A DNA stretch of 64,000 bases from Trypanosoma brucei (taxonomy: Eukaryota), in NCBI GenBank assembly GCA_000002445.1, contig CH464491.1, forward strand, positions 2,112,001-2,176,000, in the 5' to 3' direction. The notes under the pieces were generated by a model. It saw only the letters and a list, made by a program, of their open reading frames with translations. It was not told the DNA's origin and ran no database searches. Below are positions 45,594 through 55,773 of the stretch, piece by piece; position 1 is the first letter of the stretch; each line of letters begins with the position of its first letter. The translations under genes were made by a program, and so were the position numbers.

Positions 45594-47237
45594 TTAAGAG
45601 AGTAAGCACAGCGGAACTATAACGGCGCCCACGGGGCAATGATCACTCGGACAGTTTGGTGCTGGAAGATTTGTGCTTGATGACAGCCTTAACACATCTG
45701 TACAACCAAGATGCCTCTTGTCTATGAGAATGTGGTCATATACTTTACCTTTACCGCCATCTCCCGGATCCACAAATGATACACGCCGCGGATGGCGTTC
45801 CCTGTAAATTTCATAAACATCCGTTAGAGCCAATGAGTGCCCGGCTGCAGGGGCCGTGAAACCGCTACATGTACCACCACCTCCCGCTCCACAGGGCGAT
45901 TCAACCATTGGGGTCCCTGATTTGCTATTTTCCACATCAACATCAGTGTCGCGTGAAATAGGACTAAAAGCACCAGTTTCCCTACCAGGTGTTCCGCACC
46001 ATGCACCAACATTACTGCTTTCGGGGAGCGAGCCGTTCAAAGCATACGCGATCGGCGGCTCCCACGACTCGGAGTTAAAGTCACCACCGAGCACAACTGC
46101 TACGATTGGACACTCTCCATTTGAGTTTTCTATGTGACTCTCGTGTTCCCCCTTAACTTGTTCAATATAACTCATTACGCGGTGCAGCTGCCACAACTGG
46201 CACCGTGAGCCGCTCCAAAGGAGGTGAAGATTGCACACCACATATATTACATTTGGTTTGTTCAGATCACGCAAAACGGTTATAAGAGCTACATTGTGGG
46301 ACATTCTCCGCAAACTCCGTCGTTCACTTTGTGTGAGGGTCTTATCAGCATTAGCTATTTCATTGAGTCGAATGGGAATAACTTCAAGTAACTCAAAGCG
46401 GTCCTTCAAGAAAAATGTAGCAACACCCTCCAAATCAGACCGCGGTGGCTCCACCGTTTTCTCAGCAGCGACATCATTAGAACGGCGGCTCTCCACAGTT
46501 CCTGAAGGGGAAGGCTTGGAAGACGAAGTGGTCACTTCTTGGAAAACTACGGCCTGAGCTCCGTCAGTTGAAGAATCAAAACTTGTATGGCGAGGTCGGC
46601 CCGACAAATCTGTGACCACTACATGGTTACCGATGAAGCCATGCTTTTCCCGCAAATTCTCGCCCAGTAAGCCGGGTTTCCCAAACACATCAACACTGAT
46701 TTCTTGTAGCAAAATGATGTCAGGATCTGCCTGAAGTAACTCCTGTTCTGCAAATCCACAGCGGTAGTCCTCCGCGAGGGCAAACGGAGGGCAGCGCGGA
46801 TAGCGCTGCATGGAGAGAAACCGCTGCGCTAAAATATTGTAACATACAAGCCTAACGACTCCGTTGTTTGACAATGCCTGTGATGAGACACCCAAATCTG
46901 TCTTGGACCATCCACGGAAGACGGTTCTATTGCTGTTACAATCCCCTTCAATGGCCTCTGGACAATCGTTCTGCAGTGTCTCGACACATAAACTGAGAAA
47001 ACTCCCGCCGAGCAATTTTTCGCGTCGTTCCTGAAGTGTTGTCCGATGAGTCGGTGATGCTGTTGATACTCCCAACGAAGGGAAACCTTCTGCCACTTGG
47101 TCATCAGTTGGTTGGAATGATGCGAGTCCAGAAGAATTCGTGTCATTCCGTGTCATGGGTGGACTGGATTCATCCTTTCCGATATCGAGGAAATGATGCG
47201 GGATTGCAAGTGGGGAGTTAGGCATTGTTGTATACAT
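45594..47237 (-). CDS. Endonuclease/exonuclease/phosphatase (EEP) family nuclease, CCR4/nocturnin/PDE12-like.
   Basis: The 547-aa ORF has EEP catalytic motifs: LVCYNILAQRF (compare CCR4 VMCYNVL), IILLQEI, LGGDFNSE and CPSDHCPV (the terminal SDH motif). The N-terminal roughly 130 aa are Ser/Pro-rich and unassigned. Confidence 0.7.
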   Translation of the reverse strand: MYTTMPNSPLAIPHHFLDIGKDESSPPMTRNDTNSSGLASFQPTDDQVAEGFPSLGVSTASPTHRTTLQERREKLLGGSFLSLCVETLQNDCPEAIEGDCNSNRTVFRGWSKTDLGVSSQALSNNGVVRLVCYNILAQRFLSMQRYPRCPPFALAEDYRCGFAEQELLQADPDIILLQEISVDVFGKPGLLGENLREKHGFIGNHVVVTDLSGRPRHTSFDSSTDGAQAVVFQEVTTSSSKPSPSGTVESRRSNDVAAEKTVEPPRSDLEGVATFFLKDRFELLEVIPIRLNEIANADKTLTQSERRSLRRMSHNVALITVLRDLNKPNVIYVVCNLHLLWSGSRCQLWQLHRVMSYIEQVKGEHESHIENSNGECPIVAVVLGGDFNSESWEPPIAYALNGSLPESSNVGAWCGTPGRETGAFSPISRDTDVDVENSKSGTPMVESPCGAGGGGTCSGFTAPAAGHSLALTDVYEIYRERHPRRVSFVDPGDGGKGKVYDHILIDKRHLGCTDVLRLSSSTNLPAPNCPSDHCPVGAVIVPLCLLS

Positions 47238-47337
47238 GAATGAAATGCCCCACTAATAAGTCTTAAAATTACCTATCCTTCCCCCGTTCCCTATGCGTTC
47301 AACTTCTCTTCTTTTTTTTCTCTCTCTTTTTTTTTCT

Positions 47338-47368
<31 letters not shown>

Positions 47369-48092
47369 CTTGATTCCCGCTCTATCGGTTTCTTCTTTCC
47401 CTCTCGTGCCCCTTTTCGAAGCCCTTTCTCACGGGAAAAGATACAAAATATCTGTGTGTATCTATGTACGTGTACAGAAAGGTATTGCTTTCTTTCTGAC
47501 CGAGCTGCGTATCGAGTGATATAAACCGTCGGGTGAGCGGAAGGGGGAAAAGTAAAAATGGGAGAAATAGAAATGGAAGCGCGAGCGGGAGAAAGGGGGA
47601 GTGAAGAAAAGAAGGTGAGAGGACGAACTTTAAAATTTAAAAAAAAAGAAACTACAGCAAATAACATGCACAGAAGAAAAAAACGCAACAGAAAGTGCCT
47701 ACGTAAATTCGCAGGATAATATAATTTCACTTGGAAACGACCCGAACATGAGCCAAACTATATGTTCTCTACAGCGTGCTGTGCAACGTATATCTATAGA
47801 TCCGGAACCGCAGAGCGGTGCAAACTTAGATGAGCAACAACGAGGAAACAGTCCCTCACATGTATGTCCACCGTAAGTGGAAACACCCGGCTTGCGCGAG
47901 CCCGAGACGCCTGTTGCGCGTTTCATACGCTATTTTTCAGGTAATCGCCCGAGTATATACGATAGGTAACGCCCCTATGGTTAAATGTACAGGATACTTC
48001 AAAGGGGGGAAGAAGGGAGAGACAAGTAACGAAATAACAAAAACAAAAACAAAAAGTAAAACGCGCGCGAATATTGTGTTCTGCGCAGAAAA

Positions 48093-48905
48093 CTACCGGC
48101 TCCTGCCATATGAAGCATGGATGGTACCCTTCAAATTATCATATTCCTTCTCACGTGACTCTAGAAGTTGTCGAAGCTCCCGTAGCTTCTTCTCTGCATT
48201 AAGTTTCGCCCGTCCCTCCTTTGTGGAAGAAAGTTTGTCCTCACCTAGAAGTCCATAATTAAGTGCCTTTAGGTACTCGTGGCGCTTCTTTAGGCATTTT
48301 ATGGACTCTTCTTGCTGTTCATATTCAGTCCTCAGCGCAGCGGCTTCCTTTTCAGGTACATTGAAGAGCACCTGCTTCTGTAGTGCGGCGCAGCGTTCAT
48401 GAAGTTGAACATCTCGCTTTTCTACAGCCCTCCACTCCTCATTCAGCTCCTTCAGCCTGTCGCGCAGAGCATGTTGTTCATTGTATTGCTTACTACGAAG
48501 ATCATCTCGGACGCGCTCATCTGCCTGTGCTTCAACTATGGCGGTGGTTAGGTTTGAGTGAGCGATGCCCAATGACTCTACCTCCATGTTGATTTGCCTT
48601 ACTTCTTGCAACACTGCAACAGTTTGGTTGTGCAAATCAGCTACATCTGGGTGCCTCACCATGCTTCCGCCATTAGATCTAAGTTTTGCTAACTTCCTAC
48701 GAAGCGCTGCATTTTCGCGAGTGAGCCGTCGCTTTTCTGCATCAGACTCACTTTCCCCGCTCTTACCATCTGCCCTACCGGCCTGTCGTGCGCGAAGCAC
48801 ATCTAACCGCACACGTTCCCTCTCCAACTGCTCTGTGTACGATTTCAACTCCCTCTCCAATCTCTCTACATCTCGCTTCACCAATCCCCCTCTAAGTGCC
48901 CGCAT
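48093..48905 (-). CDS. Coiled-coil hypothetical protein.
   Basis: The 270-aa ORF is rich in E, R, K and L with a heptad-like pattern throughout (LERELKSYTEQLERERVRLDVLRARQ...). Confidence 0.45.
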   Translation of the reverse strand: MRALRGGLVKRDVERLERELKSYTEQLERERVRLDVLRARQAGRADGKSGESESDAEKRRLTRENAALRRKLAKLRSNGGSMVRHPDVADLHNQTVAVLQEVRQINMEVESLGIAHSNLTTAIVEAQADERVRDDLRSKQYNEQHALRDRLKELNEEWRAVEKRDVQLHERCAALQKQVLFNVPEKEAAALRTEYEQQEESIKCLKKRHEYLKALNYGLLGEDKLSSTKEGRAKLNAEKKLRELRQLLESREKEYDNLKGTIHASYGRSR

Positions 48906-49941
48906 GGGACACTAGCGGCCAAGGGGACACTCACGGCAGTGACTCAATAACAATTACGTCACCGCACAAAGTGATTCGATTGGGGGGGGGAATGGGAAGA
49001 AAAAATAAACTAAAAAAAACGAAACACCCAAGCGTTACTGTTCACAGTTGTGTTTCACGTTCCGACTTATGGCACCCAAGCAACCATGAACAGTGATTTA
49101 TTATTATTTTTTTGTATGTGTGATAGAGAGAAAAAGAAAAAAGGGGAGATTAGCGAAAGGAAGGCAAGAGTATATGGCAAACCATGCGGGGCGCACAGTG
49201 GAGAAGACAAAACGAGGCAAACAGAATTATATGCCCAATATTGTGCCCACACGAGGGCGAAGAAAAGCATGTAGTAACGGCTACCATGGAAATGGCAATA
49301 GAGCCATAAATTATCTATGTAAACTGAGAAAGCGGAAGAATGCGTGTAAAAATTTACACCTTGCAGAGAGCACAAATAGCGGAGAAATGCAGCCCAATCT
49401 ATTGTTCATATTTTTTTTTATTTATATCTTGTATTTTAGCCATTCTCCAAGAACGCTGAATCCACCTATCCCCGTTATCCCAACGGACGCAGAAGGGGAA
49501 GACGACCTCGCAGAAAAAAAAACGAAAAAGAAAAGAGCACAAAGGTAAATGAATATTAGTTATCCCCGTCACCCGAGGTCCATCCCTTCACGGCATCTCC
49601 ACACGCACGACACAAAAAAAAAACACGGGTCTAAGGAATAACGTGTAGACGAAAAACCGGGTGAGTAGAAGAACGAAGAGAGGTAACAAGAATAAAAGTT
49701 GCAGAGTAATTCCTTTTTCCTTCATTTTCCGCGTATTAAAGTTCCTTCTTTTAAGAGGGAGGAAATATTTACGAAAAAAACAAAAACACAGTCAAGAGGG
49801 GAGATCGTACGTATAGATATATATGTACATACATACACATATATACGTACTCATGTAAAATTACCTGTTCATGTGTTTGGATCATCGTCTCCACTGGCTA
49901 AATTGGGGGCCCTCATCGAATAAAAGACGCTACAGAGGTAT

Positions 49942-52458
49942 CTACGAACCACAATTCAGGCATCCCCCATCACCGTCTGTGTCTGGGGGTCCGTTGAGAT
50001 TAGGAGCTCCAGCATTTGAATGGTTCGCCGTCGGCTTCTCCCCAGCCCGCTTCCTTTTTCCTCGGCCCACACTTCCGTGTACTTCCTCTTTACTTTGCTT
50101 ATCCGGCTTCGGCAGTTCTTTCATTGCCTTGGGGTCGAGTGTAAATTTGATGGCATCAGCGGCAGGTTGAGAGCGTAAGTAATACATACCGGTCTTAAGG
50201 CCTTTCTTCCACGAATAGAAATGCATAGAAGTGAGTTGACTGGAGGTGGGTGTTCCCAGAAAGAGATTTAGGCTCTGGCTCTGATCGATATACCTCCCCC
50301 GGTCGGCTGCCATGTCAATCAAATCCTTCTGTCGGATCTCCCATACGACCTTGTAAAGCTCTCTGATCCGTTCCGGTATCTCCTTGATGCCGCTAACAGA
50401 GCCATTTAATGCGATAATCTTTCTTCGCATATCATCGTTCCACAATTGAAGCCGAATGAGCTCCTTTACAAGGTGTTTGTTTACAACTGGAAACTCCCCG
50501 CTTAAGACCCGGCGCACGTAGATATTGGAAGTAAAGGGTTCGATGCACTCATTGTTACCAAGGATCTGCGACGTAGATGCCGTTGGCATGGGCGCAACTA
50601 ACAGCGAGTTACGCATACCAACCTTGACCACACGCTCCTTGAGGCTATCCCAGTCCCAGAGTCCGCAGTGTGAATGCACAGAGTCCTCGTTCATACCTCT
50701 TATCCTACGCTCCTCATCCCACAGATCAAACTGCAGTTTCCCTTCCGAAGCAGGGCTTCCTTTAAACGTTTCATAGGGCCCGTCCTTTTCAGCCAATTCC
50801 GTACTTGCTTCCACAGCTGCAAAGTAAATGGTCTCGAAGATTTGTCTATTCAACTTCTTTGCCTCGGGGTGTGCGAATGGCAGGGAAAGCAGTGCAAACG
50901 TATCCGCCAGTCCCTGGACACCGATACCCACAGGGCGATGCCTCAAATTACTGTATCGGGCCTCACGCACTGGATAGTGGTTGCGATCAATCACCCGGTT
51001 AAGATTTCTGGTCACAACCTTTGTCACCTCCTTCAATGCAACGTAGTCAAATGCGCCATCCTTCACAAAACGCGGAAGGGCAATAGAGGCTAGGTTGCAT
51101 ACGGCCACCTCGTCCCTCGAAGTGTACTCGACAATTTCCGTGCACAAATTTGAGCATTTTATCGTGCCGAGATTTTTCTGATTAGACTTGAAATTACATG
51201 CATCCTTGTAAAGCATAAAAGGAACCCCCGTTTCCACCTGAGACTCAAGGATAAGGAACCACAGTTCCTGGGCCTGAATAGTTCTTACGCCACGACCTTC
51301 CCTTTCATATCGCTCATATAAATCAGTAAACTCTTGGCCATAACAGTCACTCAAAAAGGGGGCTGTGTTGGGGTCCATAAGCGTCCAAGTCCCATGACTC
51401 TCAACTCGTTCCATAAACAGGTCAGGAATCCACAGACCGTAAAACAAGTCCCGCGCACGCTGATCCTCCTTGCCCGTATTTTTCTTCAGAAGGAGGAAAC
51501 CAAAGATATCCGCGTGCCAGGGCTCCAAATAAATAGCAAAGGCGCCCTTGCGCTTGCCACCGCCCTGGTCAACATAGCGAGCAGTGTTATTCCACACACG
51601 AAGCATGGGGACCAGACCATTCGACGTACCATTTGTCCCGGCGATGTAGCTCCCCGCTGCGCGAATGTTGTGCATGTGGATCCCGATCCCACCAGCTGAT
51701 TTGCTGATGATCGCACACTGTTTGAGTGTGTCGTAGATGCCATCAATACTGTCTTCACGCATAGCTACAAGAAAGCATGAACTCATTTGTGGGAATGGGG
51801 TCCCCGCATTGAATAACGTTGGAGTAGCGTGGGTAAAAAACCCTTGCGACATGTAGTCATATGTCTCCTTCACACGTTCCAAGTCCTCTCCATGGATACC
51901 GAGGGCAACACGCAGGAACATCTGTTGTGGACGCTCCACCACTTCCATAACTCCCCGCCCCTTATCGACACGAAGGAGGTAAGAACGCTCAAGTGTCTTG
52001 TACCCGAAATACTCAAAATCAAAATCCCGCTCGTAATTAATGATTTGCTGCAACGCCGCAGAGTGCTTATTTGCGATATCCCACAATTCTTCTGATATAA
52101 GGGGAGCATGCCGCCTCGTTGCCTGCGAAACATGTTCGTGTAGCACCCTAAAAGAATCCAGTACACTTTCTGTCGTCGTCTTGTGCAAAGCTGTTACAGC
52201 CAACCGGCCAGCCAGCAGACCGTAATCGGGATGCTTTGTTACGCAATAAGCAGCAGTTTCAGCCAGCAGTTCATCCAACATTGAGGTGCTCATACCTTCC
52301 CGCACCCCCTCCCCCACTACACGAACAAGGTCATCAACATCAACATAATAAGAATCAATCCCGGACATAAGGTTGACGATGCGGCTGCGCACGACTTTTT
52401 CATCATACGGTTCCACAGACCCATCACGTTTGGTCACAAGCTTCACCGTTTCCAACAT
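49942..52458 (-). CDS. RNR1: Ribonucleoside-diphosphate reductase large subunit (RNR1/R1).
   Basis: The 838-aa ORF has an N-terminal ATP-cone ([20 protein letters not shown]). It has the class I R1 active-site motif [26 protein letters not shown] and C-terminal Cys residues (...GGCLNCGS). Length and order match eukaryotic R1. Confidence 0.92.
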   Translation of the reverse strand: MLETVKLVTKRDGSVEPYDEKVVRSRIVNLMSGIDSYYVDVDDLVRVVGEGVREGMSTSMLDELLAETAAYCVTKHPDYGLLAGRLAVTALHKTTTESVLDSFRVLHEHVSQATRRHAPLISEELWDIANKHSAALQQIINYERDFDFEYFGYKTLERSYLLRVDKGRGVMEVVERPQQMFLRVALGIHGEDLERVKETYDYMSQGFFTHATPTLFNAGTPFPQMSSCFLVAMREDSIDGIYDTLKQCAIISKSAGGIGIHMHNIRAAGSYIAGTNGTSNGLVPMLRVWNNTARYVDQGGGKRKGAFAIYLEPWHADIFGFLLLKKNTGKEDQRARDLFYGLWIPDLFMERVESHGTWTLMDPNTAPFLSDCYGQEFTDLYERYEREGRGVRTIQAQELWFLILESQVETGVPFMLYKDACNFKSNQKNLGTIKCSNLCTEIVEYTSRDEVAVCNLASIALPRFVKDGAFDYVALKEVTKVVTRNLNRVIDRNHYPVREARYSNLRHRPVGIGVQGLADTFALLSLPFAHPEAKKLNRQIFETIYFAAVEASTELAEKDGPYETFKGSPASEGKLQFDLWDEERRIRGMNEDSVHSHCGLWDWDSLKERVVKVGMRNSLLVAPMPTASTSQILGNNECIEPFTSNIYVRRVLSGEFPVVNKHLVKELIRLQLWNDDMRRKIIALNGSVSGIKEIPERIRELYKVVWEIRQKDLIDMAADRGRYIDQSQSLNLFLGTPTSSQLTSMHFYSWKKGLKTGMYYLRSQPAADAIKFTLDPKAMKELPKPDKQSKEEVHGSVGRGKRKRAGEKPTANHSNAGAPNLNGPPDTDGDGGCLNCGS

Positions 52459-53492
52459 TATTTTAGGTACTGCAAACGAAAAATTTTTTAAAAAGCCGCT
52501 CTGCTTCCTATCTCTCTGTTGAAAACCAACGTGTTTAACTGCAAAATAATATTTATAATGATAATTATCATTATTATTGAGGCGTGAGGGAAAGAGAGGA
52601 GGGGAAGAAAGAAGAAAGGTTCAAACAGTACATCTCAAGCATATGAGGAGCAACCTCATGTCAGTCATTGCATTGGTCACAGACGTTGTTTCTCCTTCCC
52701 CCCTTTTTAACACACAAACATAAAAACTCGAACACGCGCGCCTCCTTCACATGTTTATCGCAACCACCTAACACCTTGTGTTTAACTGGAAACAGGAAAA
52801 GATAGATAAAAGGGGGAAAATGAAGTCACAAACAACAAAGACGTTAAAACACGGGTAAATATACACAACTCGGCCGTCTCGCTACCGTGTGGAAGTCGAG
52901 AAACGCGTACAATCGCCATCACGCCAGGAGGGAACGAAATCTGCTTCATAGATGCGCACGTACGTGCAGTTGTAAATAAGGGAGGTGTTGCAAATAGCAG
53001 CAGAAAAAGGAGAAAAGGGAGGTAAGTAACCTCGGTGCATTGCTAAACATGGTGGGAGGCACATAAAATAAGACAAGCTAATCCCTTTTCGCCTGCCTCA
53101 AAGTCTGGTTCCTCATTTTTTTTTCCTTTCTTTCACTCTCCCGCCTCGCGATGTGCGAGGGACTGAATAGAAAAGAACCACTGGTACGCATTAAATTTTG
53201 TTTTGTTTTTTTTTTAAAGGAAAGGAAGAAGGGACGTCAAGTTCTTTTCAAGGAATCCCCACTGCCAGTTAACCGTTTCACTCCGTCCTCCTCCTCCTCC
53301 TCCCTCGCCTCTTTCCTTCGGCGCTCCTTTCGGTCATTAGCCCACACATGTGTACGCTCACACACCCCATATGGTACTTAACAAATGAAGAAACTAAGAG
53401 AAAGCGTACCCCTCACCACACAGACAAAAATACACTCCCTTTCCCCTTTCCTCCCTTCTTCCCTAAAAAGAAAAAGTGAGAAACATGGGACA

Positions 53493-54149
53493 CTACCCGA
53501 GCCGCCTAATAAGGCACCAATTCAGCACAAACACCTGCACAGGCCTTCTTCCCACGCACCGTAACATATAGATACCCTCCGGTAAAATCACTCGCACCTT
53601 TTCAACTTCCCCTTCCCTAACAGAAGCAATACTGAGCCACTTATTAGAAGGACTCCTCAACCCAAACAAGTCGGCCGCCATTATCTGCAGCGAAACCCTT
53701 CCATCACTTCCATCGTGTGATGAGGAACTGGAGGTCGTGGGTGACCGTGATGCAACACTTGTCAGTTGCATGCGTTTCTCCACTTCTAGCGTAAATATAT
53801 TGCCCTGCCGAATTTCGAACGCATCACCCTTTTTCACAATTGACATAGTCTCCGTAAACCAATATTCACTATTCAAGCAGCGGGGAGGTGGTTTGACGAG
53901 GCGTACCGTATTTCTGTTTTGCATAAAGCTAATGCGCTTTCGTGGCGGTGATGAGACACCAGTGTTTCCCTGTGAAGACTTCTTAGCGCTAGACCTCTGC
54001 ATAGACACCACCATTTTCTTCTCTTTTTCCCCCTCCTTCTTTGCTTTGCCTTGCGTGTATGTATGTATGTGTGTGTGTGTGTGTGTTATTATGTGCTGAA
54101 CCGCGCTACCGTCGTTGTGATATTCCCGTGTGCCTGTGTGAATGGCCAC
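53493..54149 (-). CDS. Hypothetical protein; the true start is probably the internal Met at 54014.
   Basis: The 218-aa ORF has its first 45 codons running through a (TG/CA)n microsatellite (HTHTHIHTYT). The Met at MVVSMQRSSAKK (nt 54014) is a more plausible start. I recognise no domain. Confidence 0.3.
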   Translation of the reverse strand: MAIHTGTREYHNDGSAVQHIITHTHTHIHTYTQGKAKKEGEKEKKMVVSMQRSSAKKSSQGNTGVSSPPRKRISFMQNRNTVRLVKPPPRCLNSEYWFTETMSIVKKGDAFEIRQGNIFTLEVEKRMQLTSVASRSPTTSSSSSHDGSDGRVSLQIMAADLFGLRSPSNKWLSIASVREGEVEKVRVILPEGIYMLRCVGRRPVQVFVLNWCLIRRLG

Positions 54150-55773
54150 TGCCCTCCCCTATAATTGCTGACTATATAGACCTTTTCCCCTTTTTTTACC
54201 CACCTCACTTTGTTACCTTTCGGTTGATAGGACCCCGCTCCCGTTGCCACTCGTTAAATGGTTATTATATTTTTCTTGGAATTGGCCCCTGGTGTATCCC
54301 CTTTGGCTTCCTCCCGCTCGACTGCCCTCGGTTACAAACAGTTTGGTTGATAACCGACATTCCACAAGTACGGCCACAAACCCGGACAAGAAAAAAAAAA
54401 CAGTTCAAAAAGCAGAGGAAATGAAGGAAAAGTAAAGGCAAACACGCCCACAAAGTGGCCTCTAAAAGCGCATGCACATGTGCAAATACAGAGATAGAGG
54501 AAGTGTAGACAAAACGAAGAAATACGATGCGCAACACCGGTCCTTCCCTTCTCGCTGCATCCAAAAAATTAACTGCTTCCACTTCTGTGCCATGCCCACC
54601 TGAGAAGGGTTTCCAACAAGCGAGTGGGAGCTCAATACAAGAGGATATGTCTCTTCCACCCCAATAGCACTACACAGTACAAAAATCAGTAGCACTGTTT
54701 TACACACGCAACGTACATGACGAAACAACAACTGTTACACAAGCCTGAACCCTCTGGCATAAATAGAAAAATATGGACCTTCCACTTGTGTGCGCGATCA
54801 AATCCGCGCCTGTTTTTTTTTGTTTCAGACGGTGGCAGCCAGTGGGCCCAACGGCATAGAAAATTCTCACCTAGTAGTCGACCCACCGTCATCAAATCTG
54901 TTGGAGGAAGTTAAACATTGCCAGAAATAGAATTCACCTGCGCCAACTTTCTTCCTCGACCCCACTGCACCCTCTACTGTTTGTTCAGTTGGAGGCACGC
55001 CACTTGTTAGAACTTGGACTTCTGCGGAACACATTGAGTCAACACCAACAACTTCCAGCGAATGCCTCCTCATGTATGTTTTCCCTTTTGTTTTAAACTG
55101 CGTGGACGTTGCCTGATTTGTTTGTTTGCTTGCTTGCTTTTCCCTTCCACATTGTTTAATATTATTTTCATCCCATTGACTAAGATAGTTGCTGCAGTGC
55201 TGCCACACCACCACGTGAGCGCAACGCCTTTTCCTTTTGAGTCCTTCAAAGGAACGAATGAAACACCACGGCACTCGAGGTGGTTTTGGTGACGCATGGA
55301 AAATGTCCCACCAACTTCTGTCTCACAAACTGAAGGCAGACAATGTTAACCAAATAGTGGAAGGACAATGCAACCAGATCCGTGCAAAAAGATCAAAAAA
55401 ACAAGGAACTGGGCCAAACGTGGGCATACGCACTCCATTAAAGTGAAAATCACAAAGAAAGTAAAACGCATGCAGGGCACGGTAAGAACTTTAAAAAAAA
55501 AACAGCAGAAAGTCACGGGGCACGACAGTTGCACAAATAACTGCTATAAACGACGAGTAACATCTACGTGCCGCCAAAACAAATACTCAAAAACTAAAAC
55601 AGGTTATTGGCAGCCCCAAGCGAGGGACTCCTTAACCGAATTATCCCCTCCCATTCGATAAAGAACAAACGGAAGAAGGGAGACATGCAGGTATTTATTT
55701 TTTCTTTGTGCGGTCTATGGTGCGGACAGAACGGATAAGGAGTAACACATACCTGCAGATTATTCCTGCGGGG

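Noticed and set aside
48906-53492. A cell-cycle octamer (CAUAGAA-type) element flanking RNR1.
   Set aside because: I looked for ttctatg on the + strand in both flanks and did not find it. It is not reported as a feature.
54040-54100. A (TG)n microsatellite, translated as a His/Thr repeat, at the 5' end of the 218-aa ORF.
   Set aside because: It is treated as UTR or spacer rather than coding. The ORF most likely starts at the downstream Met (54014). It is not a functional His-rich domain.
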